Shown one piece after another: positions 13,133 to 26,046 of a DNA stretch of 64,000 bases. The stretch is from Macrostomum lignano. Lineage: Eukaryota. Location: the NCBI GenBank assembly GCA_002269645.1, contig NIVC01000032.1, positions 248,001 to 312,000 on the forward strand, written 5' to 3'. Made by a program: the position numbers and the translations under genes. The first letter of the stretch is position 1; every line of letters begins with the position of its first letter. The notes under the pieces were generated by a model that was given only the letters and a program-made list of their open reading frames with translations, ran no database searches and was not told the DNA's origin.

Positions 13133-13827
13133 TAGCATTCGAAGTATTTTATCTAATTATGTAATCTTGACCCTCCATGCATACACCAATGCTCAAGTGA
13201 GTTTTGTTTATTTTACAACAGCAGCAACAAAAGAAAACCAAAACGTTGCATTCCTTTGTTGTGTCAATTTTCTAGTGTCAATCTATAATTCAGTGATGCG
13301 CTGGCTAGCGGTTCGTTTCAGTAACAAATATTCATTTAGCAAGGTCTTTGTAGATATTATCTTGTTTATCAGACCCCGATCTTGCAGGCAGATAAGCGCG
13401 AGGTGCATAGTTGTTAGTTTATGATTTCAGTTGTGTTTTTTGAAACAAAATTCGACTTCTTTAACTGTCTGTCAATCAATCAAATTAGGAAAATAATACG
13501 GCTTGTAACAGGCGCCGCTGACAAGCCAAGTGACGTATATACAATAAGTGCTAACTAATTTATGACAAAACTGAATTAGCTTTCTTCCCAAACTTGTTGA
13601 CATTCCATGTGTCCCACTCAAATTTTCACCTGCCTTTTTTGACCTCGGCCGAACCTGTACCCTATGTTTTGTTAATTAGGGTGACCTGAAAATACAGTGA
13701 AGTCTTGCTCTTTGCGAAATTTCCCTGCTTTAAGTTGAATTTTAACCATGAAATATTTGTTTGAAATTCGATGCAGCTTTTATGGGGATCACTGCATACT
13801 TGAATCGGGGGCATTGTTCATTAGGAT

Positions 13828-14878
13828 CATGGGATTCTCGAGTCGGGATAATAGGATTCTTGATTTGGGATCATAGGTTTCTCGATTTGGGATAATGGGA
13901 TTCTCGATTTGAGATAATGGGATTCTCGATTTGGGATCATGGGATTCTTGATTTAGGATCATGGGATCCTTGATTCGGGATAATTGGATTCTCGATTTGG
14001 AATAATGGGATTCTCGATTTTGGATAATGGGACTCTCGATTCGGGATAAGGGGATTTTCGATTCGGGATAATGGGATTCTTGATTTGGGATCATGGGATT
14101 CTTGATTTGGGATCATGGGATTCTCGATTTGGGATCGTGGGATTCTCGATTTTGGATAATGGGATTCTCGATTCGGGATAATGGGACTCTCGATTCGGGA
14201 TAAGGGGATTTTCGATTCGGGATAATGGGATTCTTGATTTGGGATCATGGGATTTTCGATTTGGGATCGTGGGATTTTCGATTCGGGATAATGGGATTCT
14301 CTATTTGGGATCATGGGATTTTCGATTTGGGATCATGGGATTTTCGATTTTGGATCATGGGATTTTCGATTTGGGATCATGGGATTTTCGATTTTGAATC
14401 ATTGTATTCTTGATTTGGGAATTTTATTTGGGATCATGGGATTCTTGATTTAGGATCATGGGATCCTTGATTCGGGATAATTGGATTCTCGATTTGGAAT
14501 AATGGGATTCTCGATTTTGGATAATGGGATTCTCGATTTTGGATAATGGGACTCTCGATTCGGGATAAGGGGATTTTCGATTCGGGATAATGGGATTCTT
14601 GATTTGGGATCATGGGATTCTCGATTTGGGATCGTGGGATTCTCGATTTTGGATAATGGGATTCTCGATTCGGGATAATGGGACTCTCGATTCGGGATAA
14701 TGGGATTCTCGATTCGGGATAATGGGACTCTCGATTCGGGATAAGGGGATTTTCGATTCGGGATAATGGGATTCTCTATTCGGGATCATGGGATTTTCGA
14801 TTTGGGATCGTGGGATTTTCGATTTTGAATCATTGGATTCTTGATTTGGGAATTTTTGGGATCATGGGATTCTCGATT
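13828..14878. repeat. ~22-bp minisatellite
   Basis: Unit GGGATTCTCGATTTGGGATCAT with variants. Confidence 0.95.
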
Positions 14879-15174
14879 TAGTATGTGTGAAACTGACATT
14901 TCTTTAATGTACAAAATTTTGGCTTCAAATTTGTAATTTTTTTTTTCGGTTTTAAACAGGTTAAACTTACTGTTCCAGTGCATAAATAGTTGTTGCTCTT
15001 ATCGGTGAATTAGTATGTATTTATAGGACGCTCCGCTGCGCAGACCGAATCTAGTGCACCTGCACTCATGTTGCTTCGGTACAGTTGTGCATCTTAGAGG
15101 GTTTGTTGTTTCTTTTTTCATAGCGCATTTGAAGTGCGTGCACAGCTGTGTGCTATAGTTGACTGTACTAGGCC

Positions 15175-16040
15175 CAGGGGTTGGCAAACTCCGGCCCGTG
15201 GGCCCCATGCCTTTGCGTCCTTTGAAATTTCACAATAGGAATCTGGCCCGCTTAAGGGTTGATGTCTCTTCTCTCAGCTCTCTTCTCTCTACCCTCTTTT
15301 TATCTCCTCTCTCCTGTACTCTCTTCTCTCTCCTCTCTCCCTAATCCTCTCTACCCTCTTCTTTCTCCCCCTAATCTCTTCTTTCTCTCTCCTCTCCTTT
15401 CTTCTCTCTCCCCTGTTCTCTTCTCTCTCCCCTCTCCCTAATCCTCTCTACCCTCTTCTCTCTCCTCTCTCCCTAATCCTCTCTACCCTCTTCTTTCTCC
15501 CCCTAATCTCTTCTTTCTCTCTCCTCTCCTTTCTTCTCTCCCCTCTCCTTTCTTCTCTCCCCTCTCCTTTCTTCTCTCCCCTCCTCTCTTCTCTCTCCCC
15601 TGTTCTCTTCTCCCTACTCTCTCCTCTCTTCTTTCTTCCCTCCTGTCTCCTCTCTCGTCTCTTCTCTTTTCCCTCCTCTTTCTTCTTTCCTCTCTCCTCT
15701 CCTCTCCTCTCTAACCTCTCCTCTCTCCTCTTTACCCTCTTCTCTCTCCTCTCTACCCTGTTCTCTCCCCTACTCTCTTCTCTCTCCACTACTCTCTTCT
15801 CTCCCCTCTCCCCTCTCCCCTCTCCTCTCTTGTCTCTCCCCTCTCTACTCTCCCTGTTTCTCTTCTCTCTTCCCTCTCTCTTCCTCTCTCATATCTTCTC
15901 TCCTATCTCTCATCCCTTCTTTTCTAATTTCTCTCTCCTCTATTCAAACTATTTTTCTCTCTTATCTGGCCCGCATCCATAAGGTATATATTAATTATTT
16001 TTCAGGCGCTTTAAGGTAAAAAAAGTTGTTTCGACCCCTT
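15175..16040. mobile_element. hAT/Charlie-like MITE expanded by an internal CT-rich tract
   Basis: Left end CAGGGGTTGGCAAACTCCGGCCCG, right end AAAAAGTTGTTTCGACCCCT (imperfect TIR), GGCCCG subterminal motifs typical of Charlie-derived MITEs; no exact TSD found; 15265-15960 is CT low complexity. Confidence 0.55.
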
Positions 16041-16507
16041 TGTCTGGTCTACTCGTACATATATAGACGGTGTTAAGGGACTCTGTAGTACTATTAATTA
16101 TTTTTAGGCTACGGGCATATTCACTGTTGCACTGTTGTTCGCTGATAGGAGCGTCAAATTTTCAAATTTTCAAATTTTCAAATTTTCCCATTTTATTAAT
16201 AATACCAGCTAGCTGAACGTGTGTCCGTGCAGCTATGTAAATATGAATGTGTGGATCTAGTACTGCAGTACTATTATTTTATTGTCTAGACTAAAGACCT
16301 TTTAGTGTATATAGTATAGTGAAACTGAATGACTCATTAGGAATTTCGCTTTCTACGATATGTATATATGTACGTGTAATACTCGTCGTCTGAAGTATCT
16401 GCGCAATAGGTGCAATCGTAAGTATTAATATTCAGCAATTCTTTAATAAATTGGTTACTAGTTAGCTAATTAAACGCGCACAAGGGGCGCCACAAGGGGC
16501 GCACAAG

Positions 16508-17278
16508 AGGTGACTAGATAGGGAACAGAGTCACTAGATAGGGAACAGAGTCACTAGATAGGGAACAGAGTCACTAGATGGAGTGCAGAGTCACTAGACA
16601 GGGCACAGAGTCACTAGATGGAGTGCAGAGTCACTAGATGGAGTACAGAGTCACTAGACAGGGCACAGAGTCACTAGATGGAGTGCAGAGTCACTAGATG
16701 GATTGCAGAGTCACTAGATGGTTCACAGAGTTACTAGATGGAGTACAGAGTCACTAGATGGAGTGCAGAGTCACTAGATGGTTCACAGAGTTACTAGATG
16801 GAGTACAGAGTCACTAGATGGATTGCAGAGTCACTAGACAGGGCACAGAGTCACTAGATGGAGTGCAGAGTCACTAGATGGAGTACAGAGTCACTAGATG
16901 GAGTACAGAGAGCAGAGTCACTAGACAGGGCACAGAGTCACTAGATGGATTGCAGAGTCACTAGATGGATTGCAGAGTCACTAGACAGGGCACAGAGTCA
17001 CTAGATGGATTGCAGAGTCACTAGACAGGGCACAGAGTCACTAGATGGATTGCAGAGTCACTAGACAGGGCACAGAGTCACTAGATGGATTGCAGAGTCA
17101 CTAGACAGGGCACAGAGTCACTAGATGGAGTACAGAGTCACTAGATGGATTGCAGAGTCACTAGACAGGGCACAGAGTCACTAGATGGATTGCAGAGTCA
17201 CTAGACAGGGCACAGAGTCACTAGATGGATTGCAGAGTCACTAGACAGGGCACAGAGTCACTAGATGTAGTGCAGAGG
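16508..17278. repeat. 20-bp minisatellite
   Basis: Unit AGAGTCACTAGATGGAGTGC alternating with AGAGTCACTAGACAGGGCAC. Confidence 0.96.
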
Positions 17279-18029
17279 AATTGCTACCAGATCACACTGG
17301 TTCTAGAGCTTATATCTCCATGAGTAAGCAGAGTAAGTACCATTGTCTATAGCGTCTGTTTGTATAAGCAGTGAGCACAAAGGCAGGCAGACTCATAAAT
17401 GCTTTGAATAAATTTCAGCTAGAAGCAGGTGTCACTCTGGGGTCGTCTCCGGTCACGTGATTAAAACAGAGAAGCGAAGCAAAGTTGACAGGAGCGTCTT
17501 TGTTTTAACTCCCCTGACCCTTCATTTAAAAGCGTTGCGGGTTGTTAAAATTCTTTACCTCAAGGGCCTGCTAAACAATCCAGCTCATGGCTGCGGGCCA
17601 GTTGAGGGAGGAGAGGAATAGAGGAGAGAGAGAAGATTAGAGGTAAAAGGAGAGAAGAAATGAGAGAAAGGAGAGAGGGGGAATTTCGAAATGCAGACAC
17701 AGAAAGCCAGACTGAGACGTAGTTATAATTCCTAAACAGTGAGCGGCCTATAGTTTTGTCCAACGTGCCGAATAGCAATGTTTGTTTTAACAGTGTAGTA
17801 AAGCTTTTATCTATCTTGGGTTCTACTATATCGTGACCTTGACATGGTTATAACTGCGACATTGTTTATAACAATTATTATGCCTGATGTTTGTTAATTT
17901 TTGGGCGATAGATAGTAGGATTCTGAGTTTTTAAGGATAAATTTGACCCCAATCAATGGATGATAAGATAAGGTGACCGCGATAAAAATGTGACCTCTCG
18001 TTTATGGCTCCCGAGATGTGATCTCGATT

Positions 18030-18712
18030 GGTTTTAGGAAATTGCATCAATTGAAATCTAAGAAAATGATCCAAATAGATTCTAAGAAATAATCCAAATC
18101 GATTCTAAGAAAATGATCCAAATAAATTCTTAGAAATAACCCAAATCGATTCTAAGAAAATGATCCAAATAGATTCCTAGAAATAATCCAAATCGATTCT
18201 AAGAAAATGATCCAAATAGATTCTTAGAAATAACCCAAATCGATTCTAAGAAAATGATCCAAATAGATTCCTAGAAATAATCCAAATCGATTCTAAGAAA
18301 ATGATCCAAATAGATTCTTAGAAATAACCCAAATCGATTCTAAGAAATTTCACCAATCGGATTCTAAGAAAATGACCCCAATCGCCTCTAAGAAATTGCA
18401 TCAATTAAAATCTAAGAAATGACCCCAATCGATTCTAAGAAATTTCACCAATCGGATTCTAAGAAATTGCGTTATCAAATTCACAGAAATGATCCCAATC
18501 AATTCCAAGAAATGATCCCAATCAATTCCAAGAAATGATCCCGATCAATTCCAAGAAATGATCCCGATCGATTCCAAGAAATGATCCCGATCGATTCCAG
18601 GAAATGACCCTAATCGATTCCAAGAAATGACCCTAATCAATTCCAAGAAATAATCCCGATCGATTCCAAGAAATAATTCCGATCGATTCCAAGAAATGAT
18701 CCCAATCAGTTG
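18030..18712. repeat. 23/24-bp minisatellite
   Basis: Units AAGAAAATGATCCAAATAGATTCT and AAGAAATGATCCCGATCGATTCC. Confidence 0.93.
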
Positions 18713-18853
18713 AAGGAAAAACCTCAATATGTTTGAATAAATGACATTAATGTAATATTCTCTAATAGATTCCAAAGATGAATTATTAATAAATACCTGC
18801 TATGGATTTCTTGATTAATTCATTCCCCACCTACATCCCCCCATTCTGCTCAG

Positions 18854-19089
18854 CCCGCAGTCTTGTCAACCAGCGGGAGCCGCTGCCAGACCTTCTACTG
18901 GAGACCACCGTAGTTGACATCCGGGTCCGCAGCCAGTCTGTGCCAGTGATGCCCGAAGATGCTCAACAGTTGCGCCTGCAGATGCGACGCGAAGAGAGCG
19001 TCGAAATGGTTGCTATGAGACTTCGAAGCATTGGTGACGAGATTGATAGCAGCAGGTCGTCTGTGCAAAATCGCAGCGAAGTTCTCGTG
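18854..19089 (+). CDS. Candidate BH3-only protein, coding exon 3 (14-3-3/Akt motif and BH3 motif)
   Basis: Acceptor CTGCTCAG| at 18853/18854 (phase 1); donor GTG|GTAAGT at 19089/19090 (phase 0); encodes RVRSQSVP (18922-18945) and VAMRLRSIGDEID (19009-19047), which aligns without gaps to Bim IAQELRRIGDEFN. Confidence 0.8.
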
Positions 19090-19149
19090 GTAAGTTTTTT
19101 TAGATCTAAAAAATTATAATCATTTCTCTCCTTTAGTATGATTGTATTC

Positions 19150-19455
19150 TGAGGTCTATTTTAGTAGCTTAGTTTAGCCTGATGTCTATTTTAGTTTAGC
19201 CTGAGGACCATTTTAGTTTAGCCTGAGGACCATTTTAGTTTAGCCTGAGGACCATTTTAGTTTAGCCTGAGGTCCATTTTAGTTTAGTCTGAAGTCCATT
19301 TTAGTCCAGCCTGAGCCCTGAGGTCCAATTTAGTTTAGCCTGAGCCCCGAGGTCCATTTTAGTTTACCCTGAAGTTCATTTTAGTTTAGCTTGAGGTTCA
19401 TTTTAGGTTACTTGGGGTTCATTTTAGTTCACCCTGAGGCTTATTTTAGTTTAGC
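19150..19455. repeat. 22-bp minisatellite
   Basis: Unit TTTTAGTTTAGCCTGAGGACCA. Confidence 0.9.
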
Positions 19456-19844
19456 CTGGCACTAGTATAGCGTGACTAAAATCAATTTTAGAATCCTGAA
19501 ATAAAAGGTCCGGTTTTGAGTACAGTGCACTCAACTATCAGTTGCTAAGGCTGAATTGTTATCAAAACAGGCCCTGTAGGTCTTTGTCTCAACTCGTACT
19601 TAGTTGTGTTTATTATTATTAGAATATTGCTCCAGCTCAAGGTCATTTGAAGGTCATCGTCTCAAATGCCCTCACATGCCTCCACGATTCGTTGCTTCTT
19701 AAGTGCAATAATAATAATCGTAAAACAGGAAATAAAAAGCTCTCATCAACTAGAGTCTGCTTTTAGTATCCAGGGCCCAAAATAGTATCTAGGGCTTTCA
19801 TATTCTAGAAGGATAACTTAAAATCCTCTTCTATAGATCAGGCA

Positions 19845-21461
19845 TGAGATTATCCGAATCTTCTCTCACCCTGAGACAGGAGTGATATTATCAGAATCTT
19901 CTCACCCTGAGACAGAAGTGAGATTATCAGAATCTTCTCTCACCCTGAGACATGAGTGAGATTATCAGAATCTTCTCTCACCCTGAGACAGAAGTGAGAT
20001 TATCAGAATCTTCTCTCACCCTGAGACAGGAGTGAGATTATCAGAATCTTCTCTCACCCTGAGAGAGGAGTGAGATTATCAGAATCTTCTCTCACCCTGA
20101 GACAGGAGTGAGATTATCAGAATCTTCTCTCACCCTGAGACAGGAGTGAGATTATCATAATCTTCTACTCACCATTAGACATGAGTGAGATTATCAGAAT
20201 CTTCTCTCACCCTGAGAGAGGAGTGAGATTATCAGAATATTCTCTCACCCTGAGACAGGAGTGAGATTATCAGAATCTTCTCTCACCCTGAGACAGGAGT
20301 GAGATTATCATAATCTTCTACTCACCATGAGACAGGAGTGAGATTATCAGAATCTTCTACTCACTATGAGACATAAGTGAGATTATCATAATCTTCTACT
20401 CACCATGAGACAGGAGTGAGATTATCAGAATCTTCTCTCACCCTAAGACAGGAGTGAGATTATCAGAATCTTCTCTCACCCTAAGACAGGAGTGAGATTA
20501 TCAGAATCTTCTCTCACCCTAAGACAGGAGTGAGATTATCAGAATCTTCTCACCCTGAGACAGGAGTGAGATTATCAGAATCTTCTCTCACCCTGAGAGA
20601 GGAGTGAGATTATCAGAATCTTCTCTCACCCTGAGACAGGAGTGAGATTATCATAATCTTCTACTCACCATGAGACAGGAGTGAGATTATCAGAATCTTC
20701 TACTCACTATGAGACATAAGTGAGATTATCAGAATCTTCTACTCACCATGAGACAGGAGTGAGATTATCAGAATCTTCTCTCACCCTGAGAGAGGAGTGA
20801 GATTATCATAATCTTCTACTCACCATGAGACAGGAGTGAGATTATCAGAATCTTCTACTCACTATGAGACATAAGTGAGATTATCAGAATCTTCTACTCA
20901 CCATGAGACATGAGTGAGATTATCAGAATCTTCTCTCACCCTGAGACAGGAGTGAGATTATCAGAATCTTCTCTCACCCTGAGACAGGAGTGAGATTATC
21001 AGAATCTTCTCTCACCCTGAGAGAGGAGTGAGATTATCAGAATCTTCCACTCACCATGAGACATGAGTGAGATTATCAGAATCTTCTCTCACCCTGAGAC
21101 AGGAGTGAGATTATCAGAATCTTCTCTCACCCTGAGACAGGAGTGAGATTATCAGAATCTTCTCTCACCCTGAGAGAGGAGTGAGATTATCAGAATCTTC
21201 CACTCACCATGAGACATGAGTGAGATTATCAGAATCTTCTCTCACCCTGAGACAGGAGTGAGATTATCAGAATCTTCTCTCACCCTGAGACAGGAGTGAG
21301 ATTATCAGAATCTTCTCTCACCCTGAGAGAGGAGTGAGATTATCAGAATCTTCTCTCACCATGAGACATAAGTGAGATTATCAGAATCTTCTACTCACCA
21401 TTAGACATGAGTGAGATTATCAGAATCTTCTACTCACCATTAGACATGAGTGAGATTATCT
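19845..21461. repeat. 38-bp minisatellite with internal inverted repeats
   Basis: Unit GAGATTATCAGAATCTTCTCTCACCCTGAGACAGGAGT, ~42 copies, contiguous without spacers. Confidence 0.97.
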
Positions 21462-22089
21462 AAACATAAAGAACGGTGCTGTAATAACACTGACCTATTT
21501 GGTCAGAATTCGGAGTTTCCTGCTACAATAGTGTTTATTGAATGGTGAGGCTGACATACACGAAGTTGCTTTAATAAAGATGCGAAAGATGACAACGTTA
21601 CACAGTATGCGTCACAGCTCCTCTTCCCCTTGCCAAACTAAAGCTGACCCTGTCATGCATGTCACGGTCACGTGCCAATGCCTGGATTTAGTTTAATTCT
21701 TTGCAATATTAATCTTGACTATATTAATACTGAATACTTTTTTATGAAGTGATTGCGGCAGTTGTGTATACTCGTATTATGATTGGGTTGCTATGCCGAG
21801 AGAGAGAGGGGAGATAGCTACTGGACTGGCCCTGTTTTTATGAATGAGCGATTGGGAAGAGAGGGAGGGGTGGTAGGAGAGAGAGGAGCGAGAGGAGGGT
21901 TCGCGCCCACCCCCTCACCTCTCCAGCGCCTCAGCAGCGAGCCACGTGACTTTGTTTTATACTCGGTATTTATAAAAATAATGCTTTATTACAAGTGCTC
22001 AAGGTAAAAACCGGGGGGGGGGGGTTGGTTTAATATTGCCTTTGTTTGTCCCACCCCTCAAATTTCCTACAGGTTCTAAACTTTACCAG

Positions 22090-22300
22090 ACTTGAGATGC
22101 GGCACATCTGAAGGCTGCGTACGGCTGTTCAGTCCAAGGACTGGGGGGTCACCACACACACCTTCAATTACCCCAGCTAATGCTGGCACCCATGCAGTTT
22201 ATAGCTGAGTGAACTGAAGCAATGCAGAGTTAAGGTGTCTTGCTCAAGGACACAAATTGTTCCTTAGTGGGTCGAGAATCGAACCCCCGACCGACCTTCT
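22090..22300 (-). mobile_element. tRNA-derived CORE-type SINE, 5'-truncated
   Basis: Minus strand reads GGTTCGATTCTC (B box), then GTGTCCTTGAGCAAGACACCTTAACTCTGCATTGCTTCAGTTCACTCAGCTATAAA, resembling the CORE domain; no A box seen. Confidence 0.7.
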
Positions 22301-22721
22301 AAGAAACTAGAAGTTTCACGTACTTTTTTAGTTAATCAAGAACACGTATAAAAAGACATGCGGTATCGGGGATTCTATGTGTGACATTGGGGAGTTCATT
22401 CGGTGCAACATTGTGGTGGTTTTTCGTGCAGGAAAGGGGAGTGGGAGAGGGAGATAAACCGCCCGCCCACTATTTTTCTCCCAATGCATGACTGACCTTC
22501 CTTTGCTCCTTCATTGTCATTGGCTGGTTTTTATTCCATATGTGGGCTGGTTGGACTGAAGTCAGCTGACCCAAAGTATTTCGTAGCTTATAGAATTAAA
22601 TAGCATGGCTTCTTTTCTTAGACTTATGAATAAACAAGTTCCTAGCGTCCTTTATTAATTATTGAATTCTTGATTACGGCTATTGTGACATTAATATTTA
22701 TCATATTTTTATCTGAAGACA

Positions 22722-25112
22722 CTGAGAATAAACTCTAGCAGTGATTGGTGACACACTGGGGACTCTAGCAGTGATTGGTGACACACTGGGTACTCTAGCA
22801 GTGATTGGTGACACACTGGGTACTCTAGCAGTGATTGGTGACACACTGGATACTCTAGCAGTGATTGGTGACACACTGGGTACTCTAGCAGTGATTGGTG
22901 ACACATTGGACACTCTAACAGTGATTGGTGACACACTGGGTACTCTAGCAGTGATTGGTGACACACTGGATACTCTAGCAGTGATTGGTGACACACTGGG
23001 TACTCTAGCAGTGATTGGTGACACACTGGGTACTCTAGCAGTGATTGGTGACACACTGGGTACTCTAGCAGTGATTGGTGACACACTGGATACTCTAGCA
23101 GTGATTGGTGACACACTGGGTACTCTAGCAGTGATTGGTGACACACTGGGTACTCTAGCAGTGATTGGTGACACACTGGATACTCTAGCAGTGATTGGTG
23201 ACACACTGGGTACTCTAGCAGTGATTGGTGACACACTGGGTACTCTAGCAGTGATTGGTGACACACTGGGTACTCTAGCAGTGATTGGTGACACACTGGA
23301 TACTCTAGCAGTGATTGGTGACACACTGGGTACTCTAGCAGTGATTGGTGACACACTGGGTACTCTAGCAGTGATTGGTGACACACTGGGTACTCTAGCA
23401 GTGATTGGTGACACACTGGGTACTCTAGCAATGATTGGTGACACACTGGGTACTCTAGCAGTGATTGGTGACACACTGGGTACTCTAGCAGTGATTGGTG
23501 ACACACTGGGTACTCTAGCAGTGATTGGTGACACACTGGGTACTCTAGCAGTGATTGGTGACACACTGGGTACTCTAGCAGTGATTGGTGACACACTGGG
23601 TACTCTAGCAGTGATTGGTGACACACTGGGTACTCTAGCAGTGATTGGTGACACACTGGGTACTCTAGCAGTGATTGGTGACACACTGGGTACTCTAGCA
23701 GTGATTGGTGACACACTGGGTACTCTAGCAGTGATTGGTGACACACTGGGTACTCTAGCAGTGATTGGTGACACACTGGGTACTCTAGCAGTGATTGGTG
23801 ACACACTGGGTACTCTAGCAGTGATTGGTGACACACTGGATACTCTAGCAGTTATGGGTGACACACTGGGTACTCTAGCAGTGATTGGTGACACACTGGG
23901 TACTCTAGCAATGATTGGTGACACACTGGGTACTCTAGCAGTGATTGGTGACACACTGGGTACTCTAGCAGTGATTGGTGACACACTGGGTACTCTAGCA
24001 GTGATTGGTGACACACTGGGTACTCTAGCAGTGATTGGTGACACACTGGATACTCTAGCAGTTATGGGTGACACACTGGGTACTCTAGCAGTGATTGGTG
24101 ACACACTGGGTACTCTAGCAATGATTGGTGACACACTGGGTACTCTAGCAGTGATTGGTGACACACTGGATACTCTAGCAGTGATTGGTGACACACTGGG
24201 TACTCTAGCAGTGATTGGTGACACACTGGGTACTCTAGCAGTGATTGGTGACACACTGGATACTCTAGCAGTGATTGGTGACACACTGGGTACTCTAGCA
24301 GTGATTGGTGACACACTGGGTACTCTAGCAGTGATTGGTGACACACTGGATACTCTAGCAGTGATTGGTGACACACTGGGTACTCTAGCAGTGATTGGTG
24401 ACACACTGGATACTCTAGCAGTGATTGGTGACACACTGGGGACTCTAGCAGTGATTGGTGACACACTGGGTACTCTAGCAGTGATTGGTGACACACTGGA
24501 TACTCTAGCAGTGATTGTGACACACTGGGTACTCTAGCAGTGATTGGTGACACACTGGGTACTCTAGCAGTGATTGGTGACACACTGGGTACTCTAGCAG
24601 TGATTGGTGACACACTGGGTACTCTAGCAGTGATTGGTGACACACTGGGTACTCTAGCAGTGATTGTGACACACTGGGTACTCTAGCAGTGATTGGTGAC
24701 ACACTGGGTACTCTAGCAGTGATTGGTGACACACTGGGTACTCTAGCAGTGATTGGTGACACACTGGGTACTCTAGCAGTGATTGGTGACACACTGGGTA
24801 CTCTAGCAATGATTGGTGACACACTGGGTACTCTAGCAGTGATTGGTGACACACTGGGTACTCTAGCAGTGATTGGTGACACACTGGGTACTCTAGCAGT
24901 GATTGGTGACACACTGGGTACTCTAGCAGTGATTGGTGACACACTGGGTACTCTAGCAGTGATTGGTGACACACTGGGTACTCTAGCAGTGATTGGTGAC
25001 ACACTGGGTACTCTAGCAGTGATTGGTGACACACTGGGTACTCTAGCAGTGATTGGTGACACACTGGGTACTCTAGCAGTGATTGGTGACACACTGGGTA
25101 CTCTAGCAGTGA
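22722..25112. repeat. 30-bp minisatellite (~79 highly homogeneous copies)
   Basis: Unit GTGATTGGTGACACACTGGGTACTCTAGCA; two 29-bp units cause the frame shifts in the ORF track. Confidence 0.98.
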
Positions 25113-26046
25113 TTAAGTTGGCTCGCTAAAAAAATTCATACCCGTGACCAACGCGTAGTTCTGTATATTCTTGCTTCTAAATTAAATAACAAAATGTTTT
25201 TTGTATAAACGAACGCATAATGTATATTTGGCGTCTCAATTGTTGATCTTAGCTAAGATGACTGACTGTGCTTGGCCCCTGGACAAAAGCGTGTGTGTTT
25301 GCGCTGGAAACAGCAGCTAAGCTGGGTGTCATGTCGTTTGCCCGGTCTCCCCTCTTCGCGACATGGCGTCAGGGTCTATTTTTGGAAATGGCCTTTTTTG
25401 ACAATTTTCGTTTGCATATACGCGAATGCATAGTATAGCCAGACCTAAATGGTCCTGGTCTCTAAACTCTTCACGTGGTATATCTTATAGTTATTTAAGT
25501 CACCTGATTCTAAGTATCTGCGCTTCAAATCTGTAGTGAGACTGATGATTTTTAACACTGCGCAAGTCAAGTGCAATGGAAGTCTACCCTCGGGCACACG
25601 GCGCACGGGTCCAATACGTGTTGGTTAAATCTGTTAAAGCTTCTATAGAGTGCTTTGATAAATCTTAACTCGTGACTTTAGTGCAAAATTCTTACCTGGA
25701 AATGCAATTTTTTAATCTACTTCCACCTCTGGACCCTGGCGATAAGATATGCCTAATAGTGCGTTATGAAATTGCATATGATACTACTTGCCTTGTATTG
25801 TATAAGTAATAAAAAAGAAACATGAATTTTTAATTAACAATTTTTTTGTGAATCTGTTGCGGGCTTTATACAGATAAAAGTTTGTGAATCTGTTTAAATT
25901 TTGTTTCTGTGTACGAAAATAAGAGCCTTGTATAACTTTTACGAGTATTTTCGGGCTTCATTTTTTAGTCCAGCCTCTACATTTATGCTCCTTCGTCACT
26001 CTCTCATTGTCACTCTCTCACTCTCACGCTCACTCTCCCATTCTCC

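Noticed and set aside
9866-14413. MPFSSLG / MALPKLENG / MIPNRES ORFs
   Set aside because: Minisatellite translations with no domain or splice support.
19845-21461. CRISPR-like 38-bp palindromic repeats
   Set aside because: Units are contiguous with no unique spacers, no cas genes, eukaryotic intron.
22274-22285. tRNA gene suggested by a B box
   Set aside because: No A box or cloverleaf; it is the head remnant of a SINE.
22701-25129. ~600-aa ORFs (SPITARVPSV, IGDTLGTLAV)
   Set aside because: 30-bp array open in several frames on both strands; lies in intron 3.
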